A DNA stretch of 32,000 bases from Nitrosopumilus sp. Lineage in GTDB: Archaea > Thermoproteota > Nitrososphaeria > Nitrososphaerales > Nitrosopumilaceae. The notes beneath the pieces were generated by a model, which was not told the DNA's origin, ran no database searches, and saw nothing but the letters and a program-made list of their open reading frames with translations. The translations under genes were made by a program, and so were the position numbers. Location of the stretch: positions 2,328,632 to 2,360,631 of the forward strand of contig OZ243974.1 of assembly GCA_965214775.1 (NCBI GenBank), written 5' to 3'. Shown here one piece after another: positions 24,814-32,000 of the stretch (position 1 is the stretch's first letter; each line of letters begins with the position of its first letter).

Positions 24814-25380
24814 TTATGTGGGAATTGGCAGTAATTTTGCTTCTGGAAGACCTGTCTCTTTGAGTTGCTCTTGCGTTAGACCTTCAAATTCCAATGAAAT
24901 CACTGCTTTGGTGTTAAATTTGGACTCCATCTCTTTTGCCAGGTTGCCTATGTCTTTGCTGGCATAAATCTCCTTTGAATCTCTTAAGAAAACCCTCTCG
25001 CCTTTCTCCATCTCTTTTCCGTTGAACTTTTCTTGCAAGAAACGTGTAATGGACGGCAGTTCTTTTCTGCTGATGTTGTTGTGAAAGTAACAGATTCCTT
25101 TGACTGATTTATAGTCAAATGCAGTTCCGTTTCTATACATAAAGACTCCAATAAATCGAGCCTCGTCTTCAGGCACTCTTACACATTTTATCTCCCAGTT
25201 CAACAATTTTGACTCGTCATAGGAAAACCCATCCATCTCTTCTGCTGTGAGCTTCCAATACCGTGTTCTTCCCTTGCCCATGATGTAATATTGTAGGTTG
25301 TTCTGGTATAAATTCCAATAGAGGCACATGGGGTTGTCCAAAAAAATTTTCGCAAAATGACCGCTAAGCTTATAGATCAT
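24814..25380 (-). CDS. Hypothetical protein
   Basis: 188-aa ORF, no motif recognised. The first ~17 codons lie in sequence resembling the IS-C left end, so the true start may be an internal Met (M18 or M34). Confidence 0.5.
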   Translation of the reverse strand: MIYKLSGHFAKIFLDNPMCLYWNLYQNNLQYYIMGKGRTRYWKLTAEEMDGFSYDESKLLNWEIKCVRVPEDEARFIGVFMYRNGTAFDYKSVKGICYFHNNISRKELPSITRFLQEKFNGKEMEKGERVFLRDSKEIYASKDIGNLAKEMESKFNTKAVISLEFEGLTQEQLKETGLPEAKLLPIPT

Positions 25381-25400
25381 GGGCGTAATCCGCCGAAAAC
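25331..25400 (+). mobile_element. Solo IS-C-like left-end remnant
   Basis: GGGGTTGTCCAAAAAAATTTTCGCAAAATGACCGCTAAGCTTATAGATCAT aligns with IS-C 8121-8171 (GGCGTTGTCCGGAATTTTTCCAGAAATCTACCGATAAGCTTATAGATCAT). No partner TIR nearby. Confidence 0.55.
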
Positions 25401-25486
25401 AATTTTGTATGAGGTCACCTACTTCTCACATTAGGCCAAATATTGATGACGATATCGATCCGTATGTGGTCACGTCCCACTGCTGG

Positions 25487-25545
25487 CCAAGCATGAAAAT
25501 TACAGTAACATGCAGATTCATGCCTGCAGGTTAGGGGCAGGTGAC
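25487..25545 (-). repeat. Degenerate third copy of repeat R
   Basis: CCAAGCATGAAAATTACAG...CTGCAGGTTAGGGGCAGG resembles R' (CCAAACATGAAAATCACAACTGCAGG...CCTAGGCAGGGG) in the same orientation, with an internal deletion. Confidence 0.4.
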
Positions 25546-25641
25546 CTCGTACGAATTTTATATTCATGCCTGATTTTAAAGGGCCTGATATTGCATATTT
25601 TTCGGAAGATAGATTAACCTCGGGTAAAGTTTTCATTTCAA

Positions 25642-25911
25642 ATGGCATCGTCATCATCATTTGAGGTTCACGTAACTATTGAAAACAAGCATGGAATCAG
25701 TGATCCTGAAGGTGATACAATTCTAAATGATCTGGTTCTAAAGGGAACCCACAAGACAGTCTCTAAAGTCAAGACTGCAAAAATGCTCAAATTCACCATT
25801 TGGGAAAAGGATCAGAAAACTGCCCAGTCAAAAATTCAGGAAATTTGTGATGATCTGAGAATATACAATCCTGTGGTAAGCAAAGTCTCTTTTGACGTTT
25901 TGAGGATTTAG
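25642..25911 (+). CDS. purS: Phosphoribosylformylglycinamidine synthase subunit PurS
   Basis: 89 aa. VHVTIENKHGISDPEGDTILNDL is the PurS signature. Located upstream of purQ and purL. Confidence 0.85.
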   Translation: MASSSSFEVHVTIENKHGISDPEGDTILNDLVLKGTHKTVSKVKTAKMLKFTIWEKDQKTAQSKIQEICDDLRIYNPVVSKVSFDVLRI

Positions 25912-26363
25912 CTCCTCTGCTTTTCCTTCTCCGTCTCCTCATTCTTCCTTTCTGCCTCGATGTTTTCTATTGTGCTATTAATGAGAATCTTGCTTCGTAA
26001 AAATTCCGTCAAGTTTGTCTGAGTTACAACTCCTGCCAGGTTCCCACCATGCAGAATAATCAGGCGCCTGATGTTGTTGTTGAGCATCTTTTGTACTGCA
26101 TCCTCAATTGCAGTATCAGGCTCAACCCATCTGAAATTCCTTGACATTATCTCCTCTAATCTTACCTGTGATGCGACCTTGTCCTCTGCGGTGATCTTCC
26201 TAACGATGTCCCTCTCTGAAACAACCCCTGAGGGCTTTCCGTCCTGCATGATCACTAGAAAGCTGATCTCTTTTTCCTTGAGGATGTTTGATGCATCAAG
26301 AACTGTCTTGTCGTGCTCAACTGTGATGACATTTTTTTCCATAATGTCTCTTACCTGGGCCAT
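25908..26363 (-). CDS. CBS-domain pair protein
   Basis: Two CBS units (VRDIMEKNVITVEHDKTVLDA...ISFLVIMQDGKPSGVVSERDI and IMSRNFRWVEPDTAIEDAV...IRRLIILHGGNLAGVVTQTNL) plus an acidic tail. Confidence 0.85.
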   Translation of the reverse strand: MAQVRDIMEKNVITVEHDKTVLDASNILKEKEISFLVIMQDGKPSGVVSERDIVRKITAEDKVASQVRLEEIMSRNFRWVEPDTAIEDAVQKMLNNNIRRLIILHGGNLAGVVTQTNLTEFLRSKILINSTIENIEAERKNEETEKEKQRS

Positions 26364-26410
26364 GGCGATCAGGTCATTTTTTCACATAAAAATTTTTACC
26401 GGCTGGATCC

Positions 26411-26421
26411 AAATTAAATAT
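26411..26421 (+). promoter_or_regulatory. TATA-like box upstream of purQ
   Basis: AAATTAAATAT centred about 26 nt upstream of the purQ GTG start. Confidence 0.3.
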
Positions 26422-26441
26422 CTCTCAGTGTAATTGTAGTT

Positions 26442-27122
26442 GTGAAGGTTGGAGTTGTCGTTTTTCCCGGCAGTAACTGTGATCGTGACATGTATCATGT
26501 TTTAAGGGATGTTTTCAAGATTGACGCCAAGTATTATTGGCATGAAAAACCGCTTCCAAAAAACATTGATGCCGTAATTCTGCCCGGCGGCTTTTCGTAT
26601 GGTGACAGACTCCGTGCAGGCGTGATTGCAGCTCACAGTCCGGTCATCAGGGATGTTCAAAGGATGGCAGACAGGGGAGTTCCTGTCTTGGGCGTATGCA
26701 ATGGGTTTCAAATCCTGGTTGAATCGGGCCTGTTGCCCGGCGTCTTGCTCAAAAACGAGTCTCTGAATTTTATGTGCGAGTGGACAAACCTTGTTGTTGA
26801 AAACAACTCCACTCCTTTTTCCAATCAATTTGAGATTGGCCAAAAAATTCCGATTCCCATAGCCAACGGCGAAGGAAGATACTATGTTGATGGCAAAACT
26901 CTGGAAAAACTAAGGAAAAAAAACCAAATTGTTTTTAGATATGATAAAGTTGTAAACGGCTCCTCTAATCGAATTGCCGGAGTTTGTAACGAGGATGGAA
27001 ATGTCGTAGGCATGATGCCTCATCCGGAACGTGCCGTCGAATCTGAAATTAATCCGGCTGACAACAAACCTTCCACTTTGATCTTCGAGTCTCTGTTGAC
27101 AAAAATGGGTGCGGGCAATTGA
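26442..27122 (+). CDS. purQ: Phosphoribosylformylglycinamidine synthase, glutaminase subunit PurQ
   Basis: VVFPGSNCDRD, ILPGGFSYGD, the catalytic GVCNGFQIL and MPHPER are canonical class-I amidotransferase/PurQ blocks. GTG start. Confidence 0.92.
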   Translation: MKVGVVVFPGSNCDRDMYHVLRDVFKIDAKYYWHEKPLPKNIDAVILPGGFSYGDRLRAGVIAAHSPVIRDVQRMADRGVPVLGVCNGFQILVESGLLPGVLLKNESLNFMCEWTNLVVENNSTPFSNQFEIGQKIPIPIANGEGRYYVDGKTLEKLRKKNQIVFRYDKVVNGSSNRIAGVCNEDGNVVGMMPHPERAVESEINPADNKPSTLIFESLLTKMGAGN

Positions 27123-29290
27123 GTCTGGAACCGCAAGAGCTTGACGAACTAAAATCCAAAATTGGAAGAAACCCTACGTTTACCGAATTACAAATTGTAG
27201 CTGCTGAATGGTCTGAACATTGCTCGTACAAATCCTCAAAACGCCATCTCAAAATGCTTCCGATGAAGGGACCTCTTGTGATTGCCGAGAAAGGATATGA
27301 CTCTGGCGTCCTGGATGTTGGCGGCGGGTATGTTGTCACTGCTCACATTGAAAGTCATAACCATCCGTCAGCAGTAGAGCCTTATGGCGGCGCGGCAACC
27401 GGTGTTGGCGGCGTCATCAGAGACATACTGTCTGCTGGAACCAGACCCGTTGCAATTTTTAACGGACTACGATTTGGCGATATCACAAAAGATCAACAAG
27501 CCAGATGGCTTTTCAAAAATGCCGTGACTGGAATTGCCGACTATGGAAACTGCCTGGGCGTTCCGACTATTGGGGGAGAGGTAGAGTTTGATCAATGCTA
27601 TGAAAACTATGCGCTTGTAGATGTGGCAGCAGTCGGCTTTGGGAAGAGGGAGAATCTCATAAAAAACCGTGCAAAAAAGGGTGACGTTGTAGTCTTGATG
27701 GGTGGCCCTACCGGAAGGGACGGGATTGGCGGCTCCCAATTTGCATCTGATTCCTTGGAGTCTGAAGACCGTTCTGCAGTTCAAATTCCAGACCCGTTTA
27801 TTGAAAAACTAATCATTGAGACAGTTTTTGAAGCACGGAATCAGAAACTAATTCACGCCATGAAAGATTTGGGAGGCGGAGGCTTGTCATGCGCCATCTC
27901 TGAGACTGCTGATGCGCTAGGGGTAGGAATCGAGATGGACGTCTCCAAAGTCCATACCAGGGAGCCTGACATGCGTCCAGACGAAATCATGGTCTCAGAG
28001 TCCCAGGAAAGAATGTTGATTGTCACCAGCAAGGCAAAGCTGAAAAGATTACGGAAAATCTGTGAAAAATTCAGGATTGGATGTTCCGTAATTGGCACGA
28101 TCAAATGCGATAATCAAATGCATGTCAAAAAAGGAAAAGAGACGTTTGCAAGTCTTCCGACAGGCGTTGTGGCAAATGCAACTCTCTTGGATTTGCCCTC
28201 AAAAAAACCAGAATACCTTGAGAATGTCAAAAAAGAGAGGAAACTCAAAACAATGTCTGATTATTCTAAAATTCTGCTAAAACTTCTCGGTTCTCCAAAT
28301 ATCGCAAGCAAGATATGGGTATATGGGCAGTATGATCACGAAGTAGGAATAAGAACCGTTGTAAAACCCGGACGTGACGCATCTGTTCTGCGACTAGATA
28401 ACGGAAGATTTCTTTCGGCAAAAATTGACGCAAATCCAAAGCAATGCTATCTGAATCCAAGGCAAGGCGCAATTGGATGCTTTGAGGAGGCCTGCAGAAA
28501 TGTTGTCTGTACCGGCGCAAGACCCATCGGAATGCTTGACCATCTTCAATTTGGAAATCCAAAAGATCCTGAAATATTTTGGACGTTCCTAGAATCATTA
28601 AGGGGGCTGACTGAGTTTGCCAGATACTTTAAAATCCCATGCATAGGCGGCAAAGTGAGCCTATACAACGAAACCCCCTCAGGAGGCCCGATCAAGCCTA
28701 CCCCCCTAATTGGCGTTTTGGGGTTGATTGACAAAAAACCTCTGATTTCTCAGAGAATCACTGACGGTGACTGTCTAATCTTAGTTGGTGACACAAAAGA
28801 CGAGCTTGGAGGCTCCGAATATTTCGAGTATGTCCACAAGTTTATCGGGGGCAGATGCCCTGCCGTCGACTTTGAACACTCAAAAAAGAATATGAAATCT
28901 GTTCTTGACTCAATTGAAAAACAACTGTTAAAATCGGCCCATGACTGCTCCAAGGGCGGACTGGCAGTTGCAGTATCTGAATTGTGCATGACAGACCAAG
29001 TTGGATGCCAAATATCGCTAGAAAAAATTCCAGGCCAAAAGCTAGATGCAGACAGGCTGTTGTTTTCAGAAAGCCATTCTCGTTATTTGCTGACAGTTGA
29101 CAAAAAGAATCTCAAAAAAGTAAAAGAGATTCTAAGGAAACACAAAACATCATTCAGGCAGATTGGCCAATTTTCAGGCGACTCTGTCGTCTTTACCAAG
29201 GGAGGCAGGCCGGTCATAGATCTAAGAGTTGATAAGGCGCAAAAAACCTGGATAAATTCGTTGAGGGACTTGGTACTTTATGGACGATGA
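27119..29290 (+). CDS. purL: Phosphoribosylformylglycinamidine synthase subunit PurL (FGAM synthase II)
   Basis: 723 aa. WSEHCSYKSS, ESHNHPSAVEPYGGAATGVGGVIRD and DLGGGGLSCA are PurL signatures. The TTG start overlaps the purQ stop by 4 nt. Confidence 0.92.
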   Translation: MSLEPQELDELKSKIGRNPTFTELQIVAAEWSEHCSYKSSKRHLKMLPMKGPLVIAEKGYDSGVLDVGGGYVVTAHIESHNHPSAVEPYGGAATGVGGVIRDILSAGTRPVAIFNGLRFGDITKDQQARWLFKNAVTGIADYGNCLGVPTIGGEVEFDQCYENYALVDVAAVGFGKRENLIKNRAKKGDVVVLMGGPTGRDGIGGSQFASDSLESEDRSAVQIPDPFIEKLIIETVFEARNQKLIHAMKDLGGGGLSCAISETADALGVGIEMDVSKVHTREPDMRPDEIMVSESQERMLIVTSKAKLKRLRKICEKFRIGCSVIGTIKCDNQMHVKKGKETFASLPTGVVANATLLDLPSKKPEYLENVKKERKLKTMSDYSKILLKLLGSPNIASKIWVYGQYDHEVGIRTVVKPGRDASVLRLDNGRFLSAKIDANPKQCYLNPRQGAIGCFEEACRNVVCTGARPIGMLDHLQFGNPKDPEIFWTFLESLRGLTEFARYFKIPCIGGKVSLYNETPSGGPIKPTPLIGVLGLIDKKPLISQRITDGDCLILVGDTKDELGGSEYFEYVHKFIGGRCPAVDFEHSKKNMKSVLDSIEKQLLKSAHDCSKGGLAVAVSELCMTDQVGCQISLEKIPGQKLDADRLLFSESHSRYLLTVDKKNLKKVKEILRKHKTSFRQIGQFSGDSVVFTKGGRPVIDLRVDKAQKTWINSLRDLVLYGR

Positions 29291-30731
29291 CAGGCCAAGG
29301 GAAAATTGCGGCGTGGTTGGAATTTACAGCCTGTCTGGAAAAAACGTCATCCCGATGGTCTTTGATGCGTTACGAGCTTTGCAACATAGAGGACAAGAGG
29401 CATGGGGCTTTGCTGTTCCAAACAAGCCTCCGTTTAAGAGAGTGGGGCTGGTATCTCAGTCTTCGTCTGACTTTAAAAGACTTGCAAAAGAGTATGAATC
29501 CCCGTGTGTGATTGGACATGTGCGATATTCCACCATGGGGAGCAGTACCCTGGATAATGCACAACCACTCAAAGTCAGAGACCTGTGTGTTGCACATAAT
29601 GGAACAATTGCCAATGCTCAGGAGCTGGCCAACCTTGTTGGAGGCTGTTCGTTTACCCCTCAAAACGCAAGTGATACGCTGATTGCCGCTCAACGCCTTG
29701 TCTCTTTAATTTCTGAAAACGGGGGGATGGGAAAAGCCCTTTCAATCTTAAAAAACGAGATGGCGGGCTCTTACTGCTTTACGTTTATCTCCGATGATGA
29801 CAACTCGGTTTTTGCTGCCCGTGATCCTAAGGGATTCCGTCCCATGGTTCTAGGACACAAGGAATCTGATGACACCTATATTGTAACTTCTGAATCTTCT
29901 GCAGTAACTGCAGTTGGCGCAGCTTTGCAAAGAGACGTCGTTCCAGGAGAGCTGATCAAGCTAAGCCGATATGGTTTGGAGACTGAAAAATTCTCTGATG
30001 ACGCCTCTCGTGCACACTGTTCGTTTGAATTCACCTACTTTGCACATCCGTCTAGCGACATGGAGGGACGCAACATCTATGTCTCTAGAAAGCAAATCGG
30101 AAAATTCATGGCAAGGAAATTCCCTCTCAAAGAAGCGGATCTGGTCATTCCTGTTCCGGATTCTGCAAGACCCGCAGCTTTGGGATATGCACAAGAGCTG
30201 GGAATATCATTTGACGAGGGATTGCTAAAGGACAGATACAGCAAAAAGGGCCCGTTGCGAAGTTTCATTGAACCCCACCAAAGTGACAGGGTGGACATTA
30301 ACCGCTGGATCATTCCGATTACCCAAATCATCAAAGACAAGCATGTCGTAGTAATTGATGACAGTCTTGTAAGGGGCACCAGCTCCAGGGCAATCATCAA
30401 GGCTCTGCGTCGGGCAGGTGCCAAAAAAATCAGCATGTTGATTACATACCCGCAAATCAACTATCCGTGTTACGCTGGAATTGATTTTCCCTCCCAAGAA
30501 GAACTGGCAACCTATGTCAATGGAAAAACGATGACCTGTGATGAAATCACTGAAATGGTTAGACAGAGTATCGGCGTTGACTTTTTAGGGTATAATGATG
30601 CTGAGAACCTGGCTGCTGCAGTCGGACTTTCAAAAGACTCTATGTGCTTTACATGCTCTTCGGGAAATTATGAATCCCTGGGCATAAAACCTGACTTTAC
30701 AAAACGTGAGCAAGTAAAGGCAACAAACTAG
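29280..30731 (+). CDS. purF: Amidophosphoribosyltransferase PurF
   Basis: Propeptide then nucleophile Cys (RENCGVVGI). RGQEAWG and VAHNG are Ntn-glutaminase blocks; VVVIDDSLVRGTS is the PRPP-binding loop. C-terminal Cys residues fit an Fe-S type PurF. Overlaps purL by 11 nt. Confidence 0.92.
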   Translation: MDDDRPRENCGVVGIYSLSGKNVIPMVFDALRALQHRGQEAWGFAVPNKPPFKRVGLVSQSSSDFKRLAKEYESPCVIGHVRYSTMGSSTLDNAQPLKVRDLCVAHNGTIANAQELANLVGGCSFTPQNASDTLIAAQRLVSLISENGGMGKALSILKNEMAGSYCFTFISDDDNSVFAARDPKGFRPMVLGHKESDDTYIVTSESSAVTAVGAALQRDVVPGELIKLSRYGLETEKFSDDASRAHCSFEFTYFAHPSSDMEGRNIYVSRKQIGKFMARKFPLKEADLVIPVPDSARPAALGYAQELGISFDEGLLKDRYSKKGPLRSFIEPHQSDRVDINRWIIPITQIIKDKHVVVIDDSLVRGTSSRAIIKALRRAGAKKISMLITYPQINYPCYAGIDFPSQEELATYVNGKTMTCDEITEMVRQSIGVDFLGYNDAENLAAAVGLSKDSMCFTCSSGNYESLGIKPDFTKREQVKATN

Positions 30732-30829
30732 AACCGATTTGGAGATTTTATTGCGTTAGGCAGCTGCCCTCTCTTCCTGCCGGCATGTTCTGCTGCCGCC
30801 ATCCGGTGCCTGAGCCTGGCTTTCTAATG

Positions 30830-31980
30830 TGTATAGTCCAAAAAGTAGTTCACCCCTTCTCTGAGTGTGTAAAGTCGGTCAGGAGCAGATGTGCAAGCCT
30901 GACCCACACTGGAAGTACAGGTGTGTGGGTCTGGCGACGAAAGCTCCGTAAATACGTGAGTCTTGAGCACCCAAACGGCATGAAGCTAGAGAAAAGCCAA
31001 GTACAATGGATAGTGAAAGAAAAGAAAAAGGGCGAGCTTACCAACGCCCAGATAGCCGGAACCATGGACGTGACAGTACGGTGGGTCCAGAAGCTGTGGG
31101 CCAGGCACAAAGGCTGCCCTGCGGCAAGCGAAATATCGCATCCTGCGCCAATGGGAAGGCCCCAGAACGGTCTGCCCGGACGCAGGGAGCACTCTGCAGT
31201 CATGTCTGCCAGACATGCAGAGCACATGGGGGCTGCCGGACTGCAGCAGCGCATAGCGAATCAGACCGGAATCCATATCCCGCACGGCATCATACACAAG
31301 ATACTGAGGGACGAGGAGATGGCAGAGGCGCAGCCCAGCAAGGGTACAAGGTACAGGTGGGTCCGATACGAGCGCGATCACTCAAACTCGCTGTGGCATA
31401 CGGACTGGAAGCAGATCCACGGCGGAATGCACGACGGCAGATGGTTCCTGTGCTACGAGGACGATGCCTCCAGGTTTGTGACCGGATATGGCATCTTTGA
31501 TAATGCCACGACCAAAAACGCCCTGGCAGTGCTTGAGACGGCAATAGAAAAGCACGGCAAGCCGGCCTCGATCATGACAGACCACGGCAGCCAGTTCTAT
31601 GCCAACGAGAAAGAGACGGCAAAAAAGAGGGGCGAAGGCGAGTTTGAAAAGAAACTGACAGAACTGGGAATACGGCAGATCCTGGCAGGCGTGGGACGAC
31701 CCCAGACCAACGGAAAGGTCGAGCGCCTCCACGGGGAGATCCAGCGCAAGCTGCACGAGTTCGAGGAGATCATGATGAGAAAAAGCGACCCGATAGACCT
31801 GTTCATGCAGTGGTACAATCATGACAGGCCCCACAGGTCGCTGGACTGGGACAATCAGGAGACGCCCGCACAGGCATTTCTCAGAAAGATGCCCAAGGAG
31901 GGGGAAACCGTTATTGACGGGCAGACAGGAGAGGAGTATGATGTCAAATAAGGGGGGGCGAACTACTTTCTGGATCCCAC
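30830..31980 (+). mobile_element. IS-D, IS481-like insertion sequence
   Basis: Imperfect TIRs: GTATAGTCCAAAAAGTAGTTCACCCC on the left, versus the reverse complement of GGGGGGCGAACTACTTTCTGGATCCCAC on the right. Flanked by a direct repeat AGCCTGGCTTTCTAATG at 30813-30829 and 31981-31997. Confidence 0.8.
30980..31951 (+). CDS. Integrase-core (rve) DDE transposase of IS-D
   Basis: N-terminal HTH (LTNAQIAGTMDVTVRWVQKL). WHTDWKQ (D), IMTDHGSQF (D) and PQTNGKVERLHGE (E) with WYNHDRPHRSL are the IS481/IS3-type rve signature. The ATG at 30980 is the first Met inside the element; the listed ORF start at 30785 lies outside the IS. Confidence 0.85.
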   Translation: MKLEKSQVQWIVKEKKKGELTNAQIAGTMDVTVRWVQKLWARHKGCPAASEISHPAPMGRPQNGLPGRREHSAVMSARHAEHMGAAGLQQRIANQTGIHIPHGIIHKILRDEEMAEAQPSKGTRYRWVRYERDHSNSLWHTDWKQIHGGMHDGRWFLCYEDDASRFVTGYGIFDNATTKNALAVLETAIEKHGKPASIMTDHGSQFYANEKETAKKRGEGEFEKKLTELGIRQILAGVGRPQTNGKVERLHGEIQRKLHEFEEIMMRKSDPIDLFMQWYNHDRPHRSLDWDNQETPAQAFLRKMPKEGETVIDGQTGEEYDVK

Positions 31981-32000
31981 AGCCTGGCTTTCTAATGCGA

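Noticed and set aside
25415-25660. 81-aa minus-strand ORF between the hypothetical gene and purS.
   Set aside because: It spans the degenerate R repeat and IS remnant, is Cys/His/Arg-rich, and overlaps the purS start region.
30741-30812. Weak resemblance of the GC-rich left flank of IS-D (CTCTCTTCCTGCCGGCATG) to the inner part of repeat R.
   Set aside because: Only about 15-17 matching positions by eye, which is too short to separate from chance.

Overview
AT-rich archaeal chromosomal segment. aEF-2, archaea-specific purP and TATA-like boxes about 26 nt upstream of start codons support this. Composition and gene content resemble Nitrosopumilus-like Thaumarchaeota, but that is an unverified inference. 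Core genes: aEF-2 (5'-truncated at the window edge), a TPR protein, an O-methyltransferase, a CBS-fused TrkH-type transporter, a bifunctional-nuclease-domain protein, purP, ubiX, an SRPBCC protein, tatA/tatC and purS-purQ-purL-purF. About 2.8-15.1 kb and the last 1.2 kb are heavily colonised by visibly GC-richer mobile DNA. This comprises four different IS types: two PIF/Harbinger-like DDE_Tnp_4 elements, one IS4/IS5-type, one IS481-like rve. There is also a probable IS110-like fragment and at least four MITE families, several with clean target-site duplications. Two paralogous GC-rich sulfotransferase cassettes are embedded in this mobile DNA, each physically linked to an end of the same IS type. 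Both carry 10-11 nt poly-G tracts, and one copy is thrown out of frame exactly at its tract. A 54-bp inverted repeat (52/54 identical) brackets about 8.8 kb containing both cassettes. No rRNA, tRNA or convincing CRISPR array was seen. Family assignments come from motif recognition by eye; no database search was possible.
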